From Ptychomitrium polyphyllum (Eukaryota), in assembly GCA_973851085.1 (NCBI GenBank), contig OZ316776.1, forward strand, positions 8,122,001 to 8,186,000: a stretch of 64,000 bases of DNA. Reading direction: 5' to 3'. The notes under the pieces were generated by a model. The model was given only the letters and a program-made list of their open reading frames with translations. It made no database searches and had not been told where the DNA came from. Below are positions 24,337-39,056 of the stretch, one piece after another (positions within the stretch are counted from its first letter, which is position 1; every line of letters begins with the position of its first letter). Position numbers and translations under genes: made by a program.

Positions 24337-27300
24337 ACATCAACCTTGTTGCTAAATTGGAGGTAATGTCATTAATATATATCAAGCAGCATTGTCTTGA
24401 AATACCTTTTTATACCTTCTACTAACTTCTAGAACCTTTTAGTAGCTTTTATTTCCTACCACCTTCCAATTTTTTTTAAAAATAGGTTTTATGGATCTTT
24501 TAAACATTTTAAGTGTTCTTTTTGAAATTTTATTTGTAATCCTTCTTAAAGTATCTTAAGGTGCATAGATTTTATTGTTTAAATAAAGTTCAAGATGAAA
24601 TATGTTTCAATCTTGTCAATAAATTTTTTGGTGCATATTCAAAATGTTGTTCTATTTTTGAATTCTTATTCCAATTCTTCTTATTTAGTAATTTCTTGGA
24701 AGCTAAATTTTGAACCACTTCTTATCTATTTTTATTTTTTTGTGTTTCTAACAATATACATTTTTTGCAAAATTCCACTAAATTGCATCACCACCTGACA
24801 TGCAAGCATTCATTCAAGATGTATCAATTATTTCATCAACTTTGACATTTATCACAGTTTTTCCATACATGCTAAACAGTCATTGAACAACCAAACTCAA
24901 AAGATCTTTATTGCAATGCTATTATAATATGAGGTGCTTACAAATGAAATTATAGGCATTTGTGGGTTCATTATATAATTTTAGATATATAATTAGATCA
25001 ACATTAGTGTGGATGATAATTCGATAAATTTTTTTGTTGTATGCATGATGTTGATTTGGTAAAATAAGTTTAGTGGAATTAAATGAATAATTAGAAGACA
25101 ATCAAGTGGTTTGTATAATGTTGATTTTTAAAGCAATCAAATGGTGGAAACCTTTCATTGAACAAATTGGAGGTGGCTTATCATTTGATTGCATGGTATT
25201 GACTTACAAGTAGCTAAATGATGTAAATTATTGTATAAAAGGCAAATTTAAGAAGTAGGTGAAGCTATGCTTTGATAAATTTCCAACATCTAATAAATCA
25301 AATAAAGAATACGCTGAAAGATAAATAAAAGATAAATAAAAATACCACCTTGCAAGGTCTTACAAGTTACATTGAATAGTACCGTTAACTTCTTCTTGTA
25401 CTACCTCTTCTTTTTATCTTAACTAGTATTTGATTTTTGGATTTCAAATGAAGATTAAGGTTTATGATTTAAAAAATTAAATTTTGGATTTGGAATTTCA
25501 AGATTTGAATCCTAAAATCTCAAATATCAAATCCTAGTCTTAAATTCAAATTCTTTAATCTTTTTATGCATTTATCAATTCCTTAAGTAGGCTTTGCATG
25601 TATTTTAAGAATATGTTGTGACAATGAGAACATCCTTTTAATAAAAAAGTGAATGCATTTTGTTAATCTTGTGAAACAAAAGATAACAATAGCAAAAGGT
25701 TGCAAGGACTAGGTTTAGGTGTCTTTTTCAACCTTGTAGAGTGATAATGCTCAATCTTCTCAAAGACTTGATCATCCACATTTTGCTTCAATAATGTCCT
25801 TTTAAAACCTAAAATTTGTAATCCAAATTTAAGATTGCTCCAAGTGTTGATATATGATCTTCTTGATGTCTAGCACGTGAAAATTGAAGAAGTTGCATTA
25901 AGGTGTGGTATACCTTAATAACAAGAATATAATTTTTATATTGAAGAACAAATATAAAACTAATCTTCTCAAAAACATACTTGACGTGATTGATATTCTA
26001 TTCTATCCACTATTATTGTTTAAGCTAGCTTATGTAGTTGAGGTCCTTTCTTTTGCAACCAACATGTTTAAAACAATGTCTTTCTCTATGATCAATTTTT
26101 TTTTCATTTCTTCAAATGAAATATAATATAAGGTGTCAAATAAGATGTTGCATCCAATGCCTTTTGTAACATAAGCAAGAGGAGAATCAAATCCAAGAAT
26201 ATACATGTACATCCAATCTTTTGAAATTTTTTGTCTTCAATATGTTCCAGAATTCTCAAAAACAAGTGCAGTGATGGTGTTCTAATTGTATTTGTTTCTC
26301 ATTATATTTATTTATTTATATATAAAACTAAAATATTTATTCCTAACCTCTTGCCATTTGAGGCCCAAATTGCATTTATTCTTTGAGACATCATCTTGAA
26401 ATCCAAAGAAATGACATAGCTTTGAGGAAAAAAGATTCATTTGTGAAAGATCACAAAGAGAGCTTCCAAGCAGACTCTCTCTACACAAACCTAAAGCTAC
26501 TTTCCATCCAAGAAAGAGCGGCAAGAATACTTGTACTGATACATGAAGGCACACGAGGCAAGAGAGTAACGGCCCTGGGAGTGAGAAAAGCCAGAGGCAA
26601 GCTCAGGTGCCTGCAGTCTGAAGCCAGCCTAACTCACACAACCCAAGTTCAGGTACTGCCACCTGGTGATCACTCGAAGGGCGAGGAAACCGTTCCTGGG
26701 CGACGATCGCGAACCGTCCGATTCCCGATGGGGCAACCGCGTGAACGGTGGGATGACAAAACCTAACGCTCGCTGGCTGCGAGCCGTTCCGACTTCCCAC
26801 GCAGTCGTTTTCTCGAAAGCTCGCTGTGCACAGTGGCTTAGAGAAACTCACGGCCATCGCCATCGCCATCGCCTAATCGACCCTGGAGGCCCCGACCTGG
26901 TGATATTGCCGTCACGGCGCTGCACTCGCTCACGTCGCTCGCACTGTGCTTGATTCCCGTTCGCATGCCGGTGATTATCCCCCCCCCCCTGATGCGTTTG
27001 CTCTTTTCTTCATTGTGTGCCCTTCTTTTTCTCATCGTCACTCACTGCCAGTTTCGGATGGACCCCCATTTTCCCGCCCCACTTCTTTTGCGAGTCTGCT
27101 GGTTTGTTGGTAGGTTTTCTGATGCTAGAGTTTCAGAGTAGGTATTCTTTTTATGCGGTGTTGTTATTGCTGTTGAGGATCGGGGTTGCGGAGAGGAGGG
27201 ACTTGATGAAGTGTGAGCTGCGGCCTTTGGGTTTGTGGAGAGGAAAGGAGGGAAACTGCGACGGCGATGGTTGATGGAGGAGGCGGTACATTTGGTGTTT

Positions 27301-28070
27301 AGAAAGTGATTAACGGATTGATGTCGGTGTAGTGGTGGTAGTTAAGGGTTTGGAAGTTGTACATTGCGTTCTTTTGTTGTTAGGGTTGAGTTGGAGTCAG
27401 AATAAGAACGTGTGGCTCTGTGCAGTGATATGTTTTGGTTGAGGCCCTGATCTGCATCGACGGTGGCGGTCGTTTGGTCGGGAAAAGAAGTGGTACGTAA
27501 GGTACAATGGGAGACCGACACCTTATTCCTACAGCCAACCCTCGCTTATTTGGAATTAGATATCTGCGTGGAGCATGGAGAAGCTATGGAATTAGATTGC
27601 GTGGAGCTGGAGGGAGCGTAAATAATGAACCCTATAGTGATGTTGGAGGGAAGGGTGGTGGGGGTGGGGGTGGGGGTGGGACTCTGAGCGGTAAATGGGA
27701 GTGGATGCATCAATGGCCTGCCGGGGGAGGGGGTGGTTTTGATGAATATGTGTCCTATGCACGAGAGTGAGAGGCAATGGGATTTTGGCGTGTCTAAGTC
27801 GTGCATAGCTGTGGAGCTTCCTGGAGCTAAGGAGGGAGCGGTGGAGCTTGAGGGGCTTCGCTTGGACCAAAGATGTCGCTCTTGGTTGGCCTCATAGCTT
27901 TCTGTTTTCATGTCTAGCTGGCGTCCGCTGATTTTGTCAGTTGGTAAACTTATTTTTTGCAAATGACCGCTGGTAAGCCTCAAGTGTACAGTGCATTCTG
28001 ACCTGTTGTTTGTTTCTCCAGCTTTGTGTACCTCAACGAGTGAGGAGAGTCGTTCGCCGTAATCCGCACC

Positions 28071-30909
28071 ATGAGCAGCCGTGCCAGTCGAACAATCTAT
28101 GTTGGGAACCTTCCCGGTGATGTGAGGGAGCGAGAAATTGAAGATCTCTTCTACAAGGTAGTTGATTTTATTTTAACATAAGATCTTGCCTAGAGTCGGG
28201 CAGTGAGTAATTAACGGAGTATCTATTAACGTAGTTAAAGTATTGTACAATGTAGCCGATATTTTGCGATTATGCATGTACCTGACTTATCCAATGCTCG
28301 TTTTTGGATTTAGTATGGACGCATTGTGGATATCGACTTGAAGCTACCTCCCCGCCCACCTGGCTACTGCTTCCTTGAGGTATTTTTAGGCTCGCTGTTC
28401 GTGTTGCTTATTTCCTATCACGTTCCGTGTCGAGGGTCTTTGGAACGTAACATAATAGCGCAGTTACATGTATCTTTGTTTTTTTTGTGGTTAAAGAACC
28501 ATTCAGCGCTCAAATTCACGTGGATATGTTGTTTAGGAGTTTTCTGTTATAATATCTAGGTGTTCGCAGTTACATATTGTGATGTTTTACTTCAATTTTT
28601 TCCTTATGGCTTATTTGTTCACATGCAGTTTGAGGATGCTAGAGATGCAGAGGATGCCATCCGTGGCCGGGATGGATACAATTTCGATGGAAACCGGCTT
28701 CGGGTATGGCCTGTTCACAGTACATGTGCGTGTATTTTGATTAGTATTGGGTTCGTGAAGGTGCAAGGCCCTTCTCTAGCCAGCATAATATTACCAGCTC
28801 TTTGTTTAATACGTTCTGTTATGTTAAGTTTCGCACAATTATTGCATTTTTGAAACAGGTGGAAATCGCCCATGGTGGACGGGGCCCTCCTCCTGCTGTG
28901 GATCGCTACAGCATTTACAGTAGTGGTGGGCGAGGGGGAGGCGGAAGTGCCGCTGATAGTGGTGGTCGTGCAGGAGGGGTTTCTAGACGCTCAGAATACA
29001 GGGGTACTGTTTCCCTCTTGCTTTGCTTTGTTTTTTGCAATGACCTGTTGCGAAAACAATTTCTTTGGGATCGTTCTGACAAGTTATATTTTTTAATTTT
29101 GCAGTGACGGTGACTGGGTTACCCTCTTCTGCATCATGGCAAGATTTGAAGGTAGGAATTGGTTGTTTTGTTGTAAATTTGGCAATGTTTAGTTGTCCTT
29201 TTCTCTTAATAATATTAATTTTGAATTTATCCCCGGAAATGCAGCTTTTTCTTTTCAATCTGATTACTTGGTTTGATGTATAGGATCACATGCGTAGGGC
29301 TGGTGATGTGTGCTTTGCACAAGTCTTCCGTGATGGCTCTGGTAAGCGTTTCCAGATGAGTCTGTTTGCTCTTGCTCATAGCTTTTTGCTTCTGAGATCG
29401 CATTCAAAGGAAAAGTCACCAGATTTAAGTTTAAGTTTGTTATTCGCAATCTACATGAATTTTCGTATTGCACTTTCGCAGCTGGAACGATGGGTATTGT
29501 GGACTTCACCAACTACGATGACATGAAATATGCTGTAAGCGTTGGATCCGGCTGGGTCGTGTTTTCTTGTCGTGCCTCGGTACTTAGTGTACCATGTTTT
29601 CATCGTTTCTAAAACATCACGATTTGTGTTCACGATTTAATTACATCTACGTTTGCAGATTCGGAAATTGGACGACTCGGAGTTTCGCAACCCATTTTCT
29701 CGTTCTTTCATTCGAGTAAGTGAAACCATATTTAATGAAGCCCTGGTGTAAGAGTTGGTATTGTTTTTAGCAAAACTTATTTCTTATTTATGTTACAGGT
29801 AAAGGAGGATAAGGGTTCTGGCTCTCGAAGGAGTGTTACACGGAGCCGTTCACGGAGCCGTAGGTATGGTTCAGCATGCCCATATAGTTTGAGTGGTGAT
29901 AGTTTATCTTGGGCAGTGTCTGAAAACTTTATCCTGTCTACTATTCAGGTAGTGGTAGTGGTGAAGTAGAATTTTGCATGCAGTGGTCTTCACTACAACC
30001 TAAAGTACATGCGGTTTTTTGACTGCTTTGACAATAGAGCTGATTTTGTATGGTGTTAAATTGTGCAGCCTTTCTCGTAGCAAGTCTGCACGTAGTCGCT
30101 CTCCTCGGTCCCGTTCTCGGTCGCCGCGGTCTGCAACCCCTGTATCTAGGTCACGCTCACGCTCACGCTCCATTCGATCACCCTCCAAGTAAGCTTCATC
30201 TTTTGAATCCAGGAGAGATGTTTTTCTAACGCGACCATTCTAACTGGTTTACTTAAATTCACCTTTCTGGAATTATCAGTGCAACTGATGTTCCATCTGT
30301 TTGCCTGTGTTATTTCTCCAGGTCAAGATCACCCTCTCCTGTACAGGTCAGTTGAACGCTAATGAACTTTTTTTGCAAAGTTACTTGTGATTCTATGCGA
30401 GTGTCAGGATCCTGATTGTTCGATAAATGCTGGAGATACAGACGATAGTTGAATCTTATTTACTCTGTGAATTGAGGTCTTTGTATTCTGTCATTACTCT
30501 TATCTGTATCTTTCTCAGGGATCACCTTTGAAGAAAGACAGTCGAAGCCCCAGCCCAAGCCGCTCCAAGTCTCCAGTTGCTGTGGTATGAATGCTGGCGA
30601 AGGGTGTTTTTGGTTTATGTCTAAGTATTTGTTGCAAGGATGATCAAAGAGACTTTGCTCACGCTAATTTCTCTTTCTGTGTCTGCAGGCTAACGGGAGG
30701 AGCTCTAGTGATGCTGAGAAGAATGGTAGCTTAAGTCCTAAAACAGGAAATGGGGTGAGTCCAAAGTCCGTTCTATGGCTTGTGTATGCTTCGGATTTTG
30801 TGTTTTATCGCAGTTGGATTGGACTCGTTCTGATTTTGATCGTGTTGCGATCCAGGGTCTCGCTTCCGAGCGCAGTGTTTCTCCTGTGTCGGAAAATGGC
30901 AAAGAATAA
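28071..30909 (+). CDS. Serine/arginine-rich splicing factor, SF2/ASF (SR30/SR34) subfamily, about 14 coding exons
   Basis: [29 protein letters not shown] (RRM1), [23 protein letters not shown], Gly hinge, SWQDLK|DHMR pseudo-RRM signature and RS domain. GT-AG introns; last exon 30856-30909 ends ENGKE*. Confidence 0.93.
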
Positions 30910-33900
30910 GAATCAAATGGTGCATGATATCGAAAGGTGTTGTAGGGGTGTTTGTTATAGCACACAGATTAGAGAGTTTAGGCTTTGTTTAGCCGCCACA
31001 TTTGCAGTGGTCTTAGTTTTATTTTCCTGAGCTTTTCCGAAGAGCCGCTTGCCGTTCCCTGTCTTAGGCATGGATTTCTGAATTGAACATTGGGGTAGAC
31101 CAACTGGTTTACGTCTGTAGTTCGAGTCCATCAACATGTGCAGCAGTATTTTTGTCTAGAGTTTTAGCACCTAAATACGAGTCATTTAAAACATATGTTC
31201 TGTCTTTCCTTAACATTCATGTTTCTTAATTATGTGTGCTTACCAAATGAATCCGAGTGGTGTATGACTTATTCCTTGTAACAGAATTGAGTCAGCCTAA
31301 CGATATATCTCTGTTGGTTATTATTTTGTTCTACTTAAATTTTAAGCATGCAGCGGGTGCTAGTGTTTCTCTGTATTGTGTTTTACAGAATTTGCTGAAC
31401 TTGTAAGGAAATACTTAAGGTGTAAATAGAGCTTTCCTCAGTTAATGAATTTTTTTTCAGATTTTCATTGGCAACTGAGGACACTCATTGGGTCCATGTT
31501 CACAGACTCCTGAAATTCGGAACTATCTAAAATTCACATAACTACTAGATCATGCGAGGCTGAATTGAATCATGCAATTGGATTGGTCTGAATCTCTCAA
31601 GCGACAAGCATTGTTAATCGTGCAAATTTAGAAGTGCCTTCCACTTCCTCATATTTAGTTCTCGTCGAATTTATGCTCGTCAATGATGGTAATAATTCCT
31701 TAACCTTGACATCAAAGTTGTAGGACTGTATTATTGTAAAGTTTAACTTTGACGAATATATATATCTAGGTGCCCTAAATGACGGGTACTCTTACGGTGA
31801 GCCTGAATCTGGAGGCCCATATTCGCTATAGTAAGGGCTGCGCCTTCCTATGAATTCTCTACAAATTTTCTTACATGGATGCGCCTGTCTTTGAAGACAA
31901 ATGAATTTTAAAAAAGCACTTCTATATACATCCAAGAAGACAAATGAATTTAAACGTAATATATATATTTCAAAACTATATTTAATTAAAGGTTTATTAA
32001 ATGATGTTTAACTTTTTTTTAACTCAACATCAAAAAAATTTATTTAGTGTGGCCTAAATTACTTTTTGGTCAAAAGTTGTGATTCTGAAACAATTTTCAT
32101 TAATTTTTTTTCCTATTATAAGCAATGCCAGTTAATAAATACATATTATTGTAAATACGTATCGATGGTGTAAATGTATTATGTAGATTATTTTGGCTCT
32201 CAATAAATCACTTGAATATCTCCATAGGAAGTTTCACTGGTGGTACCTACTGAAAAAGGAAGGGACACGGTTTCTGTTTAACACGGACACAGGACCTCAG
32301 GAGTACTCTACAGTAATGTAAGGAAGTTACGAACAGACGCCCTGGTGTGGATAAAAGGCTGATATGCAATACCCTGACCAATGCTGCTCTGCTGCATGTC
32401 GTCTGCACCTGCTTGTAACTGCATTCAGTGGCAGAGGCTGGCAACGTGGGCAAGACTGAAGTAACTTATCTCATGCTCATGTCCGGCTTCACCCCTTCCA
32501 ATTGGTTAGAGCCACAAGCTCTCCGTGATCCTGTGTCCTTCCCATGGGTCTAATGATCCCTTCGTGCATCTGTCGATGTTTCAGTTCCTGGTCTTCCAGT
32601 TCTTAGTCCGCACTTTTTATTACCCTGAGGGACGCTTCAACACATCATGTGTCCTGCACCAAAACTGTCGTCTATGCATTTCTCTTATTGTAAATTAACT
32701 GGCATGGCAGACAAATCAAGTCCAAAAGTTAGATCAAAGTGATGAAGTTTCTTACTCTCCACATTGGCTCCGCAGCCTGCAGTCAGTGCCTTACATTCTT
32801 ATCTCTCCTGTGAACATTCCCTGAGTTATTCGGATTCGGGGAATTTCATTAGTAAGTTAAGCATGTGCTTAGTGAATGCACCATTACAATATTTCTTGAT
32901 AAGAATATTGTGGCAAACTTGCCGTGCTGAAAACCGAAATTAGTGATTGTATCGCAATGAAGCATTTTCATGGTGCAAGAGAAACCGAAAAAGAATTAGA
33001 TTCCAAATCAACAGAAGACGTTTTTTCAGCAACAAGACAAAACTATTGTACTCATAACATTTTTCAATATTGATTAATGGAACTTACCATGGAGAAATAA
33101 AATAAGAAATAGTAAAATACAGTATTCATTATAATGGGATAAAACAATAATTTTAGGATTATAAAAGACTATGTTGATTTAACTCAAGTCAAATTGAATT
33201 GCATATTTTATAAAAAAATTGAGTGTAAATTCAATGACTTTGGATTATTGGAGCTCATCTATTGGCAAGAAACTTACCATATAACTTCAAAACATAACAA
33301 TCATCTTTAATAAATTTAATCTCTCTTAAATCTATTTCATCTTTGAGATTGTTTTTGGACTTTGAAATTTCCCATTACAATGAATATGATGTTGTAAGGA
33401 CATCCGGCACTGAATGAATGCACGGAAGCATGACAACCTCAATCTTCAGCAGAAAAGTATTTTTGACATTGCGATTGTACCTAGGGGTGATAGAATTATC
33501 CCTTTTGGAGGAGAGTGTACAAGGGGCACAGTAGAGTGTTGTCCTGCAAGTAACACGAGGACGAAATTGCCGCAGTTAACTTACCCAAATCCAGTAACCG
33601 TACAAGCACTGGTTTAAGTAAGTTAATATGAGCTGTCAGCCTGTCCTCTTGTCCTCGTCTGCCAGAACTGCTGGCCTGTGAAATACTTTGAAACGACTGT
33701 AATCACGAAACTGAAGTAGCAGGCTTTCCTATAACTTATTTTTACTCCTTAATTTTGGGGTAAATCGTTTGGGCATCCAAGTTCCAGGGTGGACAGCCCC
33801 TATCACCAGGCCCCAATAATACTGTTGTTATGGATCGTGACCCTTATTCCACTCCCTACTGATCCCCTATTCCACTCCATGCATCCTATTTGGAACAGTG

Positions 33901-35510
33901 TTCGGCGCACTTGCCCATTCCATCACGCAAGCACGTACTCGATTGCACTCCCAAATGTAATACTTTGATGCTACCGTTGCCTCATGCAGTAAATATTCAC
34001 TAACAATCCAGTTTCACCGAGTTCGTTACCGTTCTCCAGATACAACCTGATTAGAACATACCATGCACCAACACTAACTTGTGCCCAGAAACGAAATGAG
34101 AACATGCCTAACTCGGTTTAATGTAGAGGATCTTGCAGTTCCTTATAATTTATAAAAAATTAAGCACGCAATCATAGGAAGTAGTAACTGTGTTCTTGGA
34201 ATATAGCGTGCATCAAATAAAAAATTCGACTACCATATGTTCCTGGCAAGCCTCTTGCTGTACAGTTGTAAGAGTGCTATTGGAACTTAGCTCATGCATG
34301 ATTCATGCGTTGCAACAGTTGGCCGAATGCAGCCCTAGTCCTCTGCACGCAATCAATCTATGAATGGTCAATGTAAGCACCGTACTCTACAGTCAAATTC
34401 GTATGTACGTGAAATATTGACCAATTCCTGCACTTGTGGTTGTTTATAGTACGTCGATTAGTAGCTACTGGTTGTTGATTATCATCTCGAGTACTCTATT
34501 GACATACCAGGCACATGCATCCCATGCAACAGTGTTTGTTACGAGTCCACTCCGGGTGTTGATCGATGATGCAACGGAAATGATCACTTGGCCATGATTA
34601 CTTGACCCAGTTCTTGGGAAGGTAGCCTTCGGGAAGAGTGAATATTTTTTGATTGATAGCTGCTTGTGTGCGTGGTTGTCATGGAAGAAGATCTTTCTCC
34701 CTCTCGAATTGAATGTCCTATACTGGAGTGGAATTGAGTTTATCAGGACATTGGATTTATCTGCACAATTAGCAGTGCGAGCTGATGTGATTGCCTGTGG
34801 TGTTAGTCCGGAGGAGAGCTGGAGAGGTAGGAGAGGTGTGATTCTTAATGCAATCGCTACAGTTGGATATTGGCCAATTCGTACTGAACGATTAGCTCTG
34901 CATTTCTCTTGGACGACTAAATGATTCTTTGAGTCTCTTCATGCAGAAACTGAACTCGGAGTCGTAATCGAACTTCTGCACTTTAAATGCTTACTTGGCG
35001 TTCATATATTCCTGTTCAGTGGCGGACGAGAGTACTCCAGTGACGTGAAATTCAGCAATGCGGATTTGTTGCAACGAACGAGGATAAGTAATAAGATTTT
35101 CACTTTTGGAGGCATTGCTTCCCGGTAATGTGAAGACATTCCTCGGATTGTTGTTCGCCTGCGAGATTGGGAAGTTCAGGTACTAAGAAAAAAATCAGCT
35201 CACTTATAAACTTGAATGACAAACCGTTGCATTGTAGGTATTGATGATGAGAATAAATTTTCCTGTTCATGCACACCCGTATTGGTGGACCGTGGATTTA
35301 CCGGTCGGCTTAGCTAGAGAGCATAGTTGACGTTGCTTAATGACTATCTATCAGATACTGGCGGAGGATCTCTCTGTGAATTGTTACTTATTTTGTAAAT
35401 TATATACGTCACAACATTTTGTATGTCGATGATGATCTTTGGTAGGGAGAAAGAATACTTGGTGAGGAGCTGTACGTATACCGGTTGTTGTAAATGTGGT
35501 AATCATCTCC

Positions 35511-38500
35511 ATGAAAGGATTGGTAAGAAGACCGCCAAGCGTGCGCTGGTGGTTTGAATTATTTGGTGTGTGCCTTCTGTTTATGTTTACGGTCGCCTCC
35601 TTCGCACAGCTGCAAAATTATTTCTTTGTAAGTCCTCTCCGCCGAAGGTTTAAAATAAAAATATCGTTTCATTTGATGCGCAAAACAATTGTGTGAAATG
35701 GAATTCGCTAACAATGACATTGTGCGTCTGTGGTAACAGAAACCAGCTCCATTTCTTTGTGTAAGAGATGAGTTCCGGATCCGGTGCCCTCAAGTAAGGA
35801 TCTGCAAATGCAGTTATAATACAGAATGTTACCATTATGTGTCCAATCTCTGTTCAACTTCCTGTGTCTCTTCCATGCTTGTTTATGGTCGTTCCATGCA
35901 CACACGCAGATGGCCGGAGCTGAGTCTCTTTGGGAGAATCCCAGGGCTGCCACCAAGGATTGGAGAGCTTGCGCCGAGGCAATACCTGACGATTACCAGC
36001 GTAAGATTCTGACCACCTTGCGGATTCGTGCTAAGAAAACAATTTGACCTTAAGGATTCCAGAAAACATCGTGCAGTATTGTACTTGAGAAAGTTGAACT
36101 CTGGTGTTTCTAAAGAAGTATTAGAGTAAAGTGACGCAGACTAAGGAAAAAAATACATCGAAAAAGGAACAATAGCTTGGCGATGCGTACACCTGGACCT
36201 AGAGGGATTTTGATTTTAGTATGATAAATTGTTTCATGTCCAAAATTCAAGTGCTTTCCAATTCATGAATGAAAAGCATAGTAGTTGCAGGGTACGAATT
36301 ATTACTTACTTATTAAGGATTTGCCGCCTATTTGGTGTGCAGCTCCACCAGGTGATGATGGGGGTAGTGGTTATATTAGCATCATTGCCGAGGGTGGTCT
36401 GAATCAGCAGAGGATCTCAGTAAGTCAATTGTGCGTTTTATTCCTGCCAGTGCTCAAATCCAGAGGGCAATGTATTTGACCTTTAATCTTTGTTTTCAGA
36501 GTTGTAGATTGTTCCTGCGGTTATTGTTATATAACAATTCCAAGAATGAAATATTTAATCAGTACATGTCACCGATAAATTGACTTAGTCAGACTTAATG
36601 TCAATTGTGATCTTGAACAGAAACTCAAAGGAGATCTCCTCTGGTTTTCTCTCTCTAACTGAACTATTTTTCCGGACATATGTTAGTTTCTAACCAATGC
36701 AGAATAATCTGATGCAATAAGTCTCATTGTACACAAGATGACGAGTTCACACTAAGGTTGACAGATTCACGTGTAGTGCATTCCCTATCCAAAACATTAA
36801 CCCGAAGACTTAGTAGATATGCTGTGTTCATTTTACGAGCACTGCGTATCAGAAGGTTGTGACTCACAGGGCTGGGTGTAATGCAGATAATCAACGCTGT
36901 TGCAGTTGCACGACTTATGAACTGCACTTTGATCCTTCCTGTTTTCAAACAGGACTCCATATGGAAAGATTCAACGTGTGTTTCAATTTGATCTTGCCCC
37001 TTTCTTCCATACCTCCCTTGATTTTCAATTCGATGGTTGGCCAATGCATAGGTTAGAATTTGTATCACCACCGAGCGATTAACAACCTGTTAACAACCTT
37101 TCAAGACATTCATATGGTTTTGAGTAGCACGATGTCAAGAAGTGCTAATCACTGGCAGGCATAGCGCCATCTTGCAGACAATTTGCAGATGTTTTCGATG
37201 TGGATCACTTCATACACTACCTCAAAGCTGATGTTCGCATTATCAAGGAGCCTCCGAATTGGATCCCCCACCATAAAGACTTCTATTCATCCGTTGGGTA
37301 CGTCCACTCTCTGTTGCGTTTACTATACAGACCAATTCTATCGATTCCGCCATATGTGACCCTGCACATCTTCAAACGATTTCGAAGCTTCAGTTTGTCT
37401 AAAATGTATAAACAAGCAACTTATATAAATCGCGCCTCGTGACATGTTTCGTTCTGTTTATTTGACTGGTGACCAGGTATACAATTAAGAACATCCCCAA
37501 ATATGCAAGCGCTGAATTCTATCTGCAGAATGTTCTTCCTCGCATCAAAGAAAATAAACTCATGTCCCTCAAGCCCTTTGTTGATAGGCTCGGGTACAGA
37601 CGATGCTGTTTCTCTCTATTCAAACCTTGCAATCAAACTGAACAAACACGAATCCAGACCAGAGTGCATTGTTTCAGATCGCATACGGTATACGGATATA
37701 TTTAGTAAACTCATTGGAATGTGTTGCACTTCTTAAACGGGTGAGCAGTGCAGTAAACTAAATTACTCGCACCATCGTTTGCTTGCAGATATGAGAATGT
37801 GCCACTAGAGATAAACAAGTTGCGATGCCGTGTGAACTACCATGCCCTCAAGTTTCTCCCTGAGACAGAACGAATGGCAAGTATCCTTGCCTCTCGGATG
37901 CACAATCGGACGGGTAAACAACATCCTTACATGTACGATTGCCGCTTGCTCTCTATAGGCTCCTTCATTGAATGCTCCTTCATCGGTTAACCTTAATGCC
38001 CAAGAGGAAAGGATCTTGTACAACTGGGTAACATCTACTTTATTGCTGATTAGGTTAACGTAGTTTTGTTCGAAATTTTAGTCCTCAGTGCATGGCAGAT
38101 ATAATCAGCTTGAAGTTCCCAATCCTGTACCAGAGCTCTGCATTTGCGATTCGAGAAAGGCATGGTGGGGCTATCGTTCTGCGACTTCGTTGGCACACGG
38201 GAGGAGAAGGCGGCACTTCGAGAGTATAGGAAGAAGGAATGGCCAAGACGGTTCCAGGTCTGACCCAATTTCGAGTCTCTTGTGATTCTTGAGTTATGGC
38301 ATCTTAACAACGGTTTGCGTCTGCAAGTTATCTTCACTAAATCCAACATCTCCTTTCCTCACAGCATTGCTGGTCATTGTGTAGAATGACACAATCATGT
38401 GGAAGGAGGCCCTTTGTAAACGGAAGCAAGGGAAATGTCCAATGGAACCCGGTGAAGTTGCCCTAGTTCTCAAAGGAATGGGCTACACGAAAGAATCCCA

Positions 38501-39056
38501 AATTTACGTTGCATCCGGCCCTGTACATGGAGGAAATGGCCGGATGCGCCCACTGCAGAGAATGTTCCCCAACTTGGTACAGATTCAGCAATCGCAGAAC
38601 CAACACAGTTCATGATGATTCACAGGGGAGCCAATGTAATCAACCCAGTGTCTCACAACTAACGGTACGTCTTGGCTGGCGCAGGTCAGAAAGGATGATT
38701 TAGCAAGCAAGGAAGAACTAGCACCTTTCCAAAAACATGTGACGTCGTTAGCAGCACTCGACTTCCTCGTCTGCCTGAAATCAGATGTGTATGTGATGAC
38801 CCACGGAGGCAACTTCGCGAAGCTGATCATCGGCACCCGTAGATACCATGGGCATGTGCAGAAATCCATCAAGCCCAATAAGGGGCTGATGGGGTACGCG
38901 CTGGGCGACCCGTACATGAGTTGGCCGCGGTTTATGTACGAAGTGGCGAAGATGCATCAGGGCCGCACTGGGCTGCCGGAAGCGACCTTCCCAGTCTACG
39001 ATATCTGGGAGAATCCTCTGTCGCCTTGCATGTGCTCATCACGAGCCTTCACTTGA
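35511..39056 (+). CDS. O-fucosyltransferase family (GT106/DUF246) glycosyltransferase, PAGR (At3g26370)-like type II membrane protein
   Basis: N-terminal TM segment, then exons AEGGLNQQRIS, FDVDHFIHYLK, KNIPKYA..KPFVDRLG, LRCRVNYHALKF, ALHLRFEKGMVGLSFCDF, CPMEPGEV, AALDFLVCLKSDVYVMTHGGNFAK and WENPLSPCMC. Confidence 0.9.

Noticed and set aside
26383..27274. ORFs of 63-127 aa upstream of the SR gene
   Set aside because: No motifs; the position fits promoter and first non-coding exon.
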